Shown: positions 36,664 through 46,133, counted from the stretch's first letter. The stretch: DNA of 64,000 nucleotides from an uncultured Candidatus Saccharibacteria bacterium (GCA_964507625.1 CAZDPR010000003.1:15101-79100), one strand, 5' to 3'. The notes: a model not told the origin generated them from the letters alone. Numbers and translations: made by a program.

Positions 36664-36693
36664 ATAGCACGTCTTTATGGCGTGCTATTTTTA
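36664..36693 (+). terminator. Rho-independent terminator (ATAGCACG/CGTGCTAT + T run)
   Basis: 8-bp stem. Confidence 0.65.
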
Positions 36694-36707
36694 CTTCTTA
36701 AATTCTT

Positions 36708-36735
36708 ACAAAAAAGCCACCCATTACAGGTGGCT
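36708..36735 (-). terminator. Rho-independent terminator for the lysozyme gene (AGCCACC/GGTGGCT)
   Basis: 7-bp GC-rich stem with a T run on the minus strand. Confidence 0.65.
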
Positions 36736-36753
36736 TTACAGTTTTTGGAAAAC

Positions 36754-37485
36754 TTATTTTAAGACAAGTCTTGGAAGGTCTCGCCTTTTAATATCGTTTC
36801 CATCGACTGTATTTGCATTTATGCCCGGCATGCGGACATATTCTGCAAATTGATGAATCGCAGCAGCTGCTAGGATAGGGTCGTCCCTACGCGCAGATGA
36901 ATATGCTGCAATCCAAACAGGGTATTCAGTAAAATCATCTTTTAGATGATCGCGGTAATACGCGTATCCTGAATAGATGATGGGCTTTACCCCGTACTCT
37001 TTTTCAACGGCATCGAGCCATTTTTTAAGCCCCACTTTGAGCTTTGCCATGCTTTGCACACGACTTTTTTGCTCAATATCCAGAATCGGAACAAAGTCCC
37101 CTTTCTGGATTTTCCCCCTAATTGCTCGCAGATAATTATCTGCTTGTTTCAGGGAATTTTCGTTGGGATCGTAATAGTGGTACGCACCCACTATGAGACC
37201 CTGTTCACGAGCCTCGGACAAATTTTTTTCAAAATTTTTATCTTTACGATCTGCCCCCATTGTAGAGCGCATGATAGCAAACTCTACTGGGGCATGCTGG
37301 TCCTGTGTTGCCACAGTTTTCCAGCAGACATCCCCCTGATAATGGGAGATATCGATGCCGAACACGGTTTCATTCTGAACAGTTTCGTATCCAGCCTGTC
37401 CGTTATCTAAACAAGCAAAAACAAGTATCGAGAAGAAAAACGAAAGTGCAATTATTTTGATCGCAGAAAAAAAAGAATTTTTCAT
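36754..37485 (-). CDS. Glycoside hydrolase family 25 lysozyme (secreted)
   Basis: GIDISHYQG and EFAIMRSTMG GH25 motifs; N-terminal signal peptide; GC-rich. Confidence 0.8.
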   Translation of the reverse strand: MKNSFFSAIKIIALSFFFSILVFACLDNGQAGYETVQNETVFGIDISHYQGDVCWKTVATQDQHAPVEFAIMRSTMGADRKDKNFEKNLSEAREQGLIVGAYHYYDPNENSLKQADNYLRAIRGKIQKGDFVPILDIEQKSRVQSMAKLKVGLKKWLDAVEKEYGVKPIIYSGYAYYRDHLKDDFTEYPVWIAAYSSARRDDPILAAAAIHQFAEYVRMPGINANTVDGNDIKRRDLPRLVLK

Positions 37486-37574
37486 TTGTTAAGTTTTTTT
37501 TATTATAGCATAATTTATAATATTATCAATTTTGTATAGTGATAATAAAAAACCGCGTTCAGCAGTTTTTTTAT

Positions 37575-37928
37575 TTACGCAATTTTGGTAACTTTGAATT
37601 TCATGTAAGGTTGTCGGTGTCCTCGTTTTTTGTAGTAACGAGATTTAGCTTTGTATTTTACTACGATAACTTTGTCACCTTTTCCTTCTTCGATAAATTC
37701 AGCGGTAACTTTTGCACCTGCAACAGTTGGAGTTCCAATGGTTGTTTTTGATCCATCAGTCGTCATTAGTACTTGATCAAATGCAAGGGATTTTCCAGCT
37801 TCGAATTCCCCATCTAATTTTTCAATAGTAATAATATCTCCTTCACGAACGATGTATTGTTTTCCACCTGTAAGGATTACAGAAAAAGCAGGAGAAAGTT
37901 CTTTAGTTGTTTTCTTGGTAGTAGCCAT
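37575..37928 (-). CDS. rplU: Ribosomal protein bL21
   Basis: ILTGGKQYIVREGD...FDQVLM...KGDKVIVVKYKAKSRYYKKRGHRQPY. Confidence 0.85.
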   Translation of the reverse strand: MATTKKTTKELSPAFSVILTGGKQYIVREGDIITIEKLDGEFEAGKSLAFDQVLMTTDGSKTTIGTPTVAGAKVTAEFIEEGKGDKVIVVKYKAKSRYYKKRGHRQPYMKFKVTKIA

Positions 37929-37997
37929 AATGTTCTCTAGTATACATGAAATCAGAGTTTTTGCAAGAGGGATAACGATGCGTAATAAAAGCCGAAT

Positions 37998-38180
37998 TTA
38001 CGTGGTAAATCCGGCTTTTTTCTTTGACTTTTCCGCAATAGTTTTTGCGACCTCCTCAATAAATGAGGCTGTCTTTGCGGTCAAAGAAAAGGTGAGCCAC
38101 AGGGCTCCGAAAAAAGTTACTCTCATGAATTTCCCAAACAATCCTTCTTTTGCCTGGTTATTATTTCTTACTTGTGACAT
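37998..38180 (-). CDS. Candidate small membrane protein (60 aa)
   Basis: ORF with one TM helix; a hairpin AGCCG/CGGCT overlaps its 3' end. Competes with the + ORF 37852..38208. Confidence 0.2.
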   Translation of the reverse strand: MSQVRNNNQAKEGLFGKFMRVTFFGALWLTFSLTAKTASFIEEVAKTIAEKSKKKAGFTT

Positions 38181-38292
38181 ATACTTTTTTTTGGTTCAAA
38201 AATTATAATAGCATATTTATATTTTTTTGTCAATAATTACAATATTTCCATCACCTTTATTATTCCGCTCTTTTCTGCTACTATGACGATAT

Positions 38293-39672
38293 ATGTTTGA
38301 TATTTACTTGACCAACACCCTTTCCAAAAAGAAAGAAGTTTTTTCACCAATCCATACAGGTTCAGTTGGCATGTATCACTGTGGACCAACCGTATATGAT
38401 TCTATTCATATCGGAAACCTCCGCGCATTCCTCCTTGCTGATATTACCCGACGCGTATTTGAATATAATGGATATGCGGTAAATCAAGTGATGAATATCA
38501 CCGATATCGGACACCTGGTTTCTGATGGTGATAGCGGTGATGATAAAATGACCAAAGGATTAAAACGAGAAGGATTGGAAATTAATCTCGAAAATATGCT
38601 CAAATTGGCTCGTAAGTACGAAGAAGTATTTCTTGCTGATATTGCTGATTTGAACATTCTCCGACCCAAAATTATTGCCCGCGCAAGTGAACATGTCGCC
38701 GAGGATATTGCAATGATTGAACAACTCGAAGTAAAAGGATTCACCTACACCACATCTGATGGAATCTATTTTGATACTGAAAAAATGCCGGATTATGGGA
38801 AACTGGGCGGACTCGACCATACCCATGAATCACGAATTGGTGAAATTTCTGAGAAAAAAAACCCACGAGATTTTGCGTTGTGGAAATTTGATACTGAAAA
38901 AGGTTGGCAGTCACCCTGGGGGCAAGGATTTCCTGGTTGGCATATTGAATGTTCTGGGATGAGTACTAAATACCTAGGAGATCAATTTGATATTCACACG
39001 GGAGGTCATGATCTCGCATCAGTACATCATAATAACGAAATCGCACAATCAGAATGTGCGACGGGACATGCCCCGTTTGTACAGTACTGGTTACATAACG
39101 AATTCGTAAATATTGGTGAAGAAAAAATGGCAAAATCAGGAAATAATTTTATCACGCTCGCTACGGTTCGTGATAACCGTATTAACCCTCTCGCGCTCCG
39201 CTATTTATATCTCCAATCACATTACCGATCTCAAATTTCTTTTTCTTGGGATGCACTCAGCGGGTCAGAAACTGCTCTCAAAAAAATACAAAGTATTATT
39301 ACAGAATTACCAGATGGCGGGACTATTAATGAATCATATCAAACACTCTTTAGAGAAACTATTAATGATGACCTGAATACTGCAGGAGGAATTGCGGTTA
39401 TGTGGGAATTGATCAAAAATCCTGATGTAAGTCCTGAGGATAAAAAAGCAACATTACTCGATATGGATCAAGTACTAGGACTACGATTAGCTGATCAACG
39501 ACCGCTCGATATTGATGAAATTCCTGAACTTATTCAAAAACTATTAAAAGAACGAGCAATAGCACGGGAACATAACGACTGGCACAGTGCCGACTTACTC
39601 CGTAATGAAATCAAAGCATTAGGATACGAAATCAAGGATACCGATGACGGACAAAAAATTAGACGCGCATAA
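38293..39672 (+). CDS. cysS: Cysteinyl-tRNA synthetase
   Basis: HIGN (HIGH) and KMAKS (KMSKS) motifs; CGPTVYD. Confidence 0.9.
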   Translation: MFDIYLTNTLSKKKEVFSPIHTGSVGMYHCGPTVYDSIHIGNLRAFLLADITRRVFEYNGYAVNQVMNITDIGHLVSDGDSGDDKMTKGLKREGLEINLENMLKLARKYEEVFLADIADLNILRPKIIARASEHVAEDIAMIEQLEVKGFTYTTSDGIYFDTEKMPDYGKLGGLDHTHESRIGEISEKKNPRDFALWKFDTEKGWQSPWGQGFPGWHIECSGMSTKYLGDQFDIHTGGHDLASVHHNNEIAQSECATGHAPFVQYWLHNEFVNIGEEKMAKSGNNFITLATVRDNRINPLALRYLYLQSHYRSQISFSWDALSGSETALKKIQSIITELPDGGTINESYQTLFRETINDDLNTAGGIAVMWELIKNPDVSPEDKKATLLDMDQVLGLRLADQRPLDIDEIPELIQKLLKERAIAREHNDWHSADLLRNEIKALGYEIKDTDDGQKIRRA

Positions 39673-39675
39673 CAT

Positions 39676-39700
39676 AAAAACCGCAGAGAGCGGTTTTTAT
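39676..39700. terminator. Bidirectional terminator (AACCGC-agaga-GCGGTT)
   Basis: 6-bp stem flanked by A5 and T5. Confidence 0.7.
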
Positions 39701-40633
39701 TTATTTCCAAACATCTAATTCTTTAGCAATTTCCTCGACATGTTTTTTTGCATCTTTGGAGAGTTTTTTAGGTATTTTGATATGGGTAACAATGAGAAAA
39801 TCTCCTGCACGCATAAACCCTTGAGAAACTCCTTTCCCTTTTAATTTAATTACATGACCTACTGGCATGCATTCTGGAATTTCTATGGTTTCTTTACCAT
39901 CTAATGTTTCTATTTCTACCTTTCTCCCCAATAATGCATCACGTAATGACACTGACAAATCCATTACTAAATTATTTCCATCTTTATAAATAGTTCCATG
40001 TTTTTGTACACGAACCAAAATAAATAAATTTCCTGGTCGCCCATCGGTAATCGTTTCTCCTGCTCCGTCCATGCGTAATTGCTGACCATCTTCTACACCT
40101 GCAGGGATCGTGACGGAAACTTTTTTAGTTCCTTTTTGCACTCCGTCCTGATAATTGGGAACTTCGATTTCTTTGATAAACCCGCGTACTGATTCTTTGA
40201 ATGTCATGGTGATTTGTACCTCAATATTGCGCCCTTTACGCACGCGTCGTCCACCAAACCCAAACGCTGCTCCAAATAAATCACCGAGATCAAAATCATT
40301 CATATCAAAATGAACATTCCCTTGCTGGAACCCTCCCTGCTGTGCCTGTCGCATGATATCTTCCCATGAAAACCCACCGAAACCTTGTCCGAATGGATTT
40401 CCTCCCTGTCCGCCACCGAAACCAGCACCCGCAGAGCCGAATTGATCATACTGCGCACGCTTGTTTTTATCTGATAGTGTTTGGTAGGCTTCATTGATTT
40501 CCTTAAACTTTTTATCATCACCGCCGTTTTTATCAGGATGATGTTGATGAGCCAATTTCCGAAAAGCAGTTTTAATATCCGCATCAGATGCGGTTTTTTC
40601 AACTCCTAAAATTTTATAATAATCTTTTGACAT
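39701..40633 (-). CDS. cbpA: DnaJ-class co-chaperone, class B (J domain + G/F region + C-terminal domains, no CxxCxGxG zinc finger)
   Basis: J domain with DYYKILGV and the HPD motif; Gly/Phe-rich linker; no Cys repeats. Confidence 0.8.
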   Translation of the reverse strand: MSKDYYKILGVEKTASDADIKTAFRKLAHQHHPDKNGGDDKKFKEINEAYQTLSDKNKRAQYDQFGSAGAGFGGGQGGNPFGQGFGGFSWEDIMRQAQQGGFQQGNVHFDMNDFDLGDLFGAAFGFGGRRVRKGRNIEVQITMTFKESVRGFIKEIEVPNYQDGVQKGTKKVSVTIPAGVEDGQQLRMDGAGETITDGRPGNLFILVRVQKHGTIYKDGNNLVMDLSVSLRDALLGRKVEIETLDGKETIEIPECMPVGHVIKLKGKGVSQGFMRAGDFLIVTHIKIPKKLSKDAKKHVEEIAKELDVWK

Positions 40634-40782
40634 AGAATAGTAGTATATATTATTTTACGAGATTTCTCACCTCTATTTTTATTTCTATTTGATACAAATA
40701 AATAAGAGATTTGAAATATTTGACAAAATAATTATTTAAAGTATTATGTATTTATTCTTTTCAAAACTTAATTACTATTTCA

Positions 40783-40962
40783 ATGAAAAACAAGCTTCTC
40801 TTAATTTCTGGTTTAAACATTATTTCTGTTTTTGTTGTTGGTATTTTATTTTTATCCGACACACCAATAGAAAACATTGTTTTTTGGGTTTTAGTTTTTT
40901 TAATAACCATAAGTGCCATTACAGCAAAATTAACGCTCAGAATATTGAAAGAAAATTTTTGA
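40783..40962 (+). CDS. Candidate 59-aa two-TM membrane protein between dnaJ and dnaK (not in the supplied ORF track)
   Basis: Promoter TTGACA(40720-40725)-16-TATTAT(40742-40747). ORF MKNKLLLISGLNIISVFVVGILFLSDTPIENIVFWVLVFLITISAITAKLTLRILKENF. A nested terminator hairpin lies at 40978-41031. Confidence 0.35.
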   Translation: MKNKLLLISGLNIISVFVVGILFLSDTPIENIVFWVLVFLITISAITAKLTLRILKENF

Positions 40963-41028
40963 GAAAATTTATCTATCAACCCTGTACACTCCCCCGAATT
41001 TATTTCGGAAGAGAAACAGGGTTGTTTT

Positions 41029-42930
41029 TTATTCCCCAGTTTTTTCTTGATTTTCATCTGACGAAGTTTCTTCAGAACCTTTTTCAGTAGTTGCATCCGT
41101 AGCTGTTTTTTCTTGCTCTCCGCCAGCTGGCGGATTCTGAATCACTTCATAAATCTTCATCATTTCATTCGAAAGATTCATGGTTGCGGTATCAATCGCA
41201 CTTGCATCGTCTTTATCTTTTACCTCTTTTAATTCTTTAATTTTTGTTTCAATAGATTCTTTTGTTTCTGTAGGGATTTTTTCAGCATATTCGCGTAAAG
41301 ATTTTTCTGCTGCAAAAATTGCTGTTTCTGCCTCGTTTCGTTTATCCACTAATTCCTTTTTCTTTTTATCTTCATCTGCATATTTTTCTGCATCTTCTTG
41401 CATTTTCTTGATATCTGCATCTGATAGACCCCCTCCTGATTGAATAGTGATTGACGCTTCTTTATTACTTGCTTTATCAATTGCTTTTACATTCAAAATT
41501 CCATTTGCATCAATATCAAAGGTTACTTCGATTTGTGGAATTCCTCGTGGTGCTGGCGCAATATCACCTAATACGAATCGTCCGAGTGACTTGTTATCAG
41601 TCGCCATTGGTCGTTCCCCTTGGGTAATATGAATTTCTACTGATGTTTGATTATCTGCAGCAGTAGAAAAGATTTGAGATTTTGATGTTGGAATGGTGGT
41701 ATTGCGTTCAATTAATTTTGTTGCAACCCCTCCCATGGTTTCAATCCCCAGTGACAATGGAATTACATCAAGGAGCAATACATCTTTTACATCTCCCTGT
41801 AATACCCCAGCTTGTACCGCAGCACCTAATGCCACTACTTCATCTGGATTGATTGATCGATTTGGTTCTTTACCAAACAATTTTTTAACTTCTTCTACAA
41901 TTTTTGGCATTCGAGTTTGCCCTCCTACCATAATGATTTCATCAATTTCATTCATTTTAAACGGTGAAGCTTCAATAGCTCGTTTGGTAATAGCGATAGA
42001 TTTATCAATGTATGGTGCAGCGAGTTCTTCCAATTTTGCACGCGTCATTTTCATCATCAAGTGTTGTGGTACTCCATCATTTTGTGCAATGAACGGAATA
42101 TTGATTTCTGTTTCATTGGTTGTAGAAAGTTCGTGTTTTGCTTTTTCTGCAGCTTCTTTTAATCGCTGTAATGCAAGCACATCTTTGGTAACATCAATTC
42201 CTGAATCTTTTTTAAATTCGTCCCCAATCCATTTTACAATTTCACGGTCAATGTCTTCACCTCCCATGTGGGCATCTCCATCGGTTGATTTCACTTCTAC
42301 CAAATCTGCCCCAACCTCGAGAACAGAAATATCAAATGTTCCACCTCCAAAATCGTACACGGCAATTTTTTGATCTTTTTTAGAATTGAATCCGTACGCC
42401 AACGCCGCCGCAGTTGGTTCATTAATTATTCGCTTTACATCCAGTCCCGCAATTTTACCCGCATTTACCGTTGCTTGTCGTTGACTATCGTCAAAATATG
42501 CTGGCACCGTGATCACCGCCTCGGTAATTTTTTCACCGATTTTTGCTTCTACATCGGCTTTGATTTTTGCAAGTGTCATCGCAGAAATTTCTTCTGGTCG
42601 ATAATCTTTATCTCCCAATTTGATCGCAACACCATCATCTGACCCTTTGGTGATTTTGAATGGTGAATGATCAATATCTTTTTTTACTACTTCGTCACTG
42701 AATTTGTGACCCATGTAGCGTTTAATTCCAAAAATGGTGTTTTCTGGATTAGTGACCGCTTGGCGTTTTGCCAATTGCCCTACCAATCGTTCACCATTTT
42801 TTGCGAGCGCCACGATTGACGGAGTTGTTCGTGCACCTTCTGTGTTTTCAATAATTTTTGGTTGACCACCCTCGATAATTGCTACCGCACTGTTGGTGGT
42901 TCCAAGATCAATTCCAATGATTTTTGACAT
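41029..42930 (-). CDS. dnaK: Chaperone DnaK (Hsp70)
   Basis: [14 protein letters not shown] start; full Hsp70 NBD and SBD. Confidence 0.95.
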   Translation of the reverse strand: MSKIIGIDLGTTNSAVAIIEGGQPKIIENTEGARTTPSIVALAKNGERLVGQLAKRQAVTNPENTIFGIKRYMGHKFSDEVVKKDIDHSPFKITKGSDDGVAIKLGDKDYRPEEISAMTLAKIKADVEAKIGEKITEAVITVPAYFDDSQRQATVNAGKIAGLDVKRIINEPTAAALAYGFNSKKDQKIAVYDFGGGTFDISVLEVGADLVEVKSTDGDAHMGGEDIDREIVKWIGDEFKKDSGIDVTKDVLALQRLKEAAEKAKHELSTTNETEINIPFIAQNDGVPQHLMMKMTRAKLEELAAPYIDKSIAITKRAIEASPFKMNEIDEIIMVGGQTRMPKIVEEVKKLFGKEPNRSINPDEVVALGAAVQAGVLQGDVKDVLLLDVIPLSLGIETMGGVATKLIERNTTIPTSKSQIFSTAADNQTSVEIHITQGERPMATDNKSLGRFVLGDIAPAPRGIPQIEVTFDIDANGILNVKAIDKASNKEASITIQSGGGLSDADIKKMQEDAEKYADEDKKKKELVDKRNEAETAIFAAEKSLREYAEKIPTETKESIETKIKELKEVKDKDDASAIDTATMNLSNEMMKIYEVIQNPPAGGEQEKTATDATTEKGSEETSSDENQEKTGE

Positions 42931-43028
42931 ATTTTTGTAAAAATTATTCTTAATTTTTAATAATCTCTTCGTTCTGAATAACAACCATTCCGAAGTTAGC
43001 TTAAGTATAAACAAAAAAATATTTTTTG

Positions 43029-43058
43029 ACAAGTTTTTTGCGTTCGCAAAAAACTTGT
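43029..43058. promoter_or_regulatory. Perfect 14-2-14 inverted repeat (ACAAGTTTTTTGCG tt CGCAAAAAACTTGT) overlapping the -35 elements of divergent promoters
   Basis: The dnaK promoter on the minus strand is TTGTCA(43032-43027)-17-TATACT(43009-43004). The PaaX-like gene promoter on the plus strand is TTGTTT(43055-43060)-17-TATTAT(43078-43083). Confidence 0.55.
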
Positions 43059-43103
43059 TTAAATAAAAATATAGTGTTATTATTTATAAGAACCAAGAAT
43101 ACT

Positions 43104-43649
43104 ATGAAAAGTAACGATTATTCCAAAAAAATACTGAAAATCCTTTCTGAAAATCGAGCCTTGTCCTTTTCTGATATTACTTCGGAACTGGTAAAAGACA
43201 TTGCTGGAAACGCAAAAAACGACCCAAAAAAGGCCGTATATGCAGTAAATCGATCACTGAAAGGGCTCATCGAATCTGGTGTCATAGAGCGCCATTTTTC
43301 TGGTCAAAACAATTATGCCCGATTAACGGAATCAGGGCGTAAAAAAGCAACTACGCTTAAATTAGAAAGCGAAACCTCACTCCTCCCTAACTGGGATGGT
43401 CAGTGGCGAATAATACTCCTCGACCTCCCCGAATCCCGCAAATCAGAACGCGAGGCGCTCCGGTATTTATTAAAAAAAGCAGGATTCACCTGCCTTAAAA
43501 ACTCAGCTTGGATTTCCCCCTATCCATTTGAACATCTATTCATGAATATTAAAAAAGATCTGGGACTCACAACCGAAATGATGATCATTACCACCAATAA
43601 TCTGGACTTAGAAACAGAAATAGAATTGGTAAAAATATTACAAAAATAA
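43104..43649 (+). CDS. PaaX-family-like transcriptional regulator (N-terminal winged helix + PaaX_C-like domain)
   Basis: C-terminal WDGQWRIILLDLPESRKSEREALRYLLKKAGFTCLKNSAWISPYP matches the PaaX_C pattern; N-terminal wHTH. Confidence 0.55.
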   Translation: MKSNDYSKKILKILSENRALSFSDITSELVKDIAGNAKNDPKKAVYAVNRSLKGLIESGVIERHFSGQNNYARLTESGRKKATTLKLESETSLLPNWDGQWRIILLDLPESRKSEREALRYLLKKAGFTCLKNSAWISPYPFEHLFMNIKKDLGLTTEMMIITTNNLDLETEIELVKILQK

Positions 43650-43676
43650 CACACCTCCGTTAAGAGGTGTGCGCAA
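43650..43676 (-). terminator. Terminator (CACACCTC-cgttaa-GAGGTGTG) with the T run on the minus strand
   Basis: Perfect 8-bp stem. Confidence 0.65.
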
Positions 43677-43692
43677 ATTTAACCTAATATGT

Positions 43693-44559
43693 TTATTCAG
43701 TTTTACCGACAATTATCTGCGTAGCACCGGCTCTAGCAAGAGTAATTTGACGACCAAAGTCTTGCATACCTTTTGATTGGTAAATCCTGTCGGCATTTGC
43801 TGCATCGATTGCCTGCTGCGTTAAAGGTTGAAAATCTGGAACCATTTCAAAAGTTGAGATTTGAACACCTCTTGCTTTAAGGTCCTGATTGATAAGTTCC
43901 ATATAAGTTAACTCCAATGCATTGATATCATGAGCTACCACATCTTCTTTTGGAAACTCATCAGTAGTTACTCTTTTAATACGGGTTTCAATTACTCTGT
44001 TTTCGGCTCCTTCAAAGCGCTGGTTATCATCCTGAGCATCATCTGTTTCGGCATTGGTTTTTCCCAGCTTTTTTGCGTGCTTCATAAATAGTAACGGATC
44101 TGCGATCAGGTAACTATAGGTCAATCTTATTTTTACCTTTACCTGGTCTTTAAAGAGAACATAATATTCCATGTCACCTTGCATTTCATAGCCTGGCATA
44201 GTTTCTTTAATGAAACACATATTTCCTGTTCCTGCTGGAACCCGAGAACCTACCGGAACCTGTTTCCAGTTTACTCCACAATCTTCACTATAAAGTACAA
44301 TTTGATTTGTTTTAGAGTAAGTGCAACTACTAAGAAAACCACCGGCAAGAATGAGTAAAAAAATTGAAGACAATTGAGAAATACCCTTTGCCGCATAAAA
44401 AACCACACGAATCCCAATAATTAGCAATAAGAACAGAAAAGCTGTTTGGTACCAAGGGGCCGTAACCCAATAGTTTCCAGAAACAACAACATTGTACCAA
44501 ATTGTTCCACCCCATAAAGCAAAGATGGCGAGCAGGCTGTACAAAAATACTTTTTTCAT
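43693..44559 (-). CDS. SPFH/band-7-like membrane protein
   Basis: Three N-terminal TM helices plus a C-terminal domain with SPFH-like pattern. Confidence 0.35.
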   Translation of the reverse strand: MKKVFLYSLLAIFALWGGTIWYNVVVSGNYWVTAPWYQTAFLFLLLIIGIRVVFYAAKGISQLSSIFLLILAGGFLSSCTYSKTNQIVLYSEDCGVNWKQVPVGSRVPAGTGNMCFIKETMPGYEMQGDMEYYVLFKDQVKVKIRLTYSYLIADPLLFMKHAKKLGKTNAETDDAQDDNQRFEGAENRVIETRIKRVTTDEFPKEDVVAHDINALELTYMELINQDLKARGVQISTFEMVPDFQPLTQQAIDAANADRIYQSKGMQDFGRQITLARAGATQIIVGKTE

Positions 44560-44670
44560 TTTTTGAAAGGTATCGAATTTATTTATACCGGATCGAGACC
44601 GGATTTGTTCTAAAGAAGTTTATCATACATATTAATTTTTGTCAAACTAAAAAAACGCATAACGCGTTTT

Positions 44671-45273
44671 TTAGTTTGCTTTATATACTACCACCCGCGC
44701 TGGACGGATCACCTTATCCCCCATCATGTATCCCTTTTGAATAATGGTAGCCACTGTATCATCTTGGGATTGGTCGTTAGTATCCTCTGTTTTCATTGGT
44801 TCATGTTTATTCGGATCAAATGCAATACCTACTGCAGAAATTTCTGTCACTCCATAATCATCTAATACTGTTTTCATCTGGTTATAGATATATTCTACCC
44901 CCACGCGCCAATTCGCATCTACAGCGTTCCACGCATCGGTATTCCCCATAGCCATATCAAAACTATCGAGTACTGGCAAAAAACTCATAATCATTCGTTC
45001 CGTAGTTTTTTGTTTTACTACATCGGCGATTTCATCTTTTTCCTTTTTCAAGTTTACATAATCGGCACGAGATCGTTGAAGTGCAGTAAGGTGTTCCCGA
45101 GATTCAGATTGTGATTGTTTTAATTTTTCTCGTAAATCTTTCAGCTTTGCTTTGTCTTTTTTTTCATCTCCCACCCAATCGAGTTCTTCGAATTCCAAAT
45201 CCTCAACTGATTCTTCGATTGATTCATCGTCAATAATTTCATCTAATTGTTCAAATTCTTTTTCATCAGACAT
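44671..45273 (-). CDS. grpE: Nucleotide exchange factor GrpE
   Basis: Acidic N-terminus, coiled coil, GrpE C-terminal beta domain. Not linked to dnaK. Confidence 0.85.
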   Translation of the reverse strand: MSDEKEFEQLDEIIDDESIEESVEDLEFEELDWVGDEKKDKAKLKDLREKLKQSQSESREHLTALQRSRADYVNLKKEKDEIADVVKQKTTERMIMSFLPVLDSFDMAMGNTDAWNAVDANWRVGVEYIYNQMKTVLDDYGVTEISAVGIAFDPNKHEPMKTEDTNDQSQDDTVATIIQKGYMMGDKVIRPARVVVYKAN

Positions 45274-45381
45274 AATCGTTTCAATAAATTAACAGTAATA
45301 TTCGTTCAGAATGAACATTCTGATTATACATAATTTTAGAAATAAAAAAAGCCATAAATAAAAAACACCCTTTGGTGTTTT

Positions 45382-45795
45382 TTATCGTTTTGACCATTGT
45401 GATGATTTTCGAGCTTTTTTAAGTCCGAATTTACGACGTTCTTTTGATCGAGCATCTCGTTTCAAAAATCCAGCTTTTTTCAAATCATCTTTTGATTGTT
45501 CATCTAATTTTACCAATGCTCGAGCAATTCCATGTCGGACTGCTTCTGCTTGGGAATGAATACCTCCTCCAGAAACTTTTACCGTTACGGTGTATTCAGC
45601 AACATTTTCAGTTTCATGAATTGCACCCATAGCAGTTTTGAAAAGTTCTGTTGTTGGGAAATACTCTTTGATTGATCGGTCATTTACCGTTACTACTGTT
45701 TTATCTGCCGGTGTCAATCGTACACGCGCTGTTGAAGTCTTTCGACGCCCAATGGCAGTAGTGTATTGTGTTGTTGTTGATGGTGACATAGGCAT
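45382..45795 (-). CDS. rpsI: Ribosomal protein uS9
   Basis: GRRKTSTARVRL...ends SQWSKR. Confidence 0.9.
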   Translation of the reverse strand: MPMSPSTTTQYTTAIGRRKTSTARVRLTPADKTVVTVNDRSIKEYFPTTELFKTAMGAIHETENVAEYTVTVKVSGGGIHSQAEAVRHGIARALVKLDEQSKDDLKKAGFLKRDARSKERRKFGLKKARKSSQWSKR

Positions 45796-46133
45796 TATTC
45801 AGTAACTTTTAGGTTTTTTAAGATTTCTTCTCGTAATTTGTTACGAGGAAGCATTCCTCGAACTGTTCGCAAGAGAACTTCAGAAATTCCTCGACGCTTG
45901 AGCAAGTTTCCTCGAGTTTCAATCTTGAGTCCTCCTGGATATCCAGAATACGTTTTATACGTATCATCCATTTTATCAGTAAGATCAAGTTTCCCTGCGT
46001 TAATTACTTCTACACTGTTTCCAGACAGTTTATGAGGAGCAAAATCTGGAGAATTTTTCCCACGTAAAATCATTGCAATTTCTGTTGCAAGACGTCCCAA
46101 TTTTTTATTTGTTGCATCAATAGTATGTTTCAT
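45795..46133 (-). CDS. rplM: Ribosomal protein uL13
   Basis: GRLATEIAMILRGK. Confidence 0.85.
   Translation of the reverse strand: MKHTIDATNKKLGRLATEIAMILRGKNSPDFAPHKLSGNSVEVINAGKLDLTDKMDDTYKTYSGYPGGLKIETRGNLLKRRGISEVLLRTVRGMLPRNKLREEILKNLKVTE

Noticed and set aside
35640-37575. Integrase-mediated island with att direct repeats at tRNA-Ile
   Set aside because: No integrase or recombinase gene, and no repeat of the tRNA 3' segment could be found by eye. The insert lies on the 5' side of the tRNA. Only the compositional anomaly is reported.
40746-41096. Overlapping 114-aa (+) and 111-aa (-) ORFs in the dnaJ-dnaK intergenic region
   Set aside because: Lys/Phe-rich AT-driven frames, and the minus-strand one overlaps the dnaK 3' end. 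The region is better explained by a promoter, a 59-aa TM ORF (40783-40962) and a nested terminator.
41180-42642. Several + strand ORFs (87-226 aa) inside the dnaK coding region
   Set aside because: Antisense to a near-certain Hsp70 gene. Ser/Ile-rich low-complexity translations are typical of spurious antisense frames.
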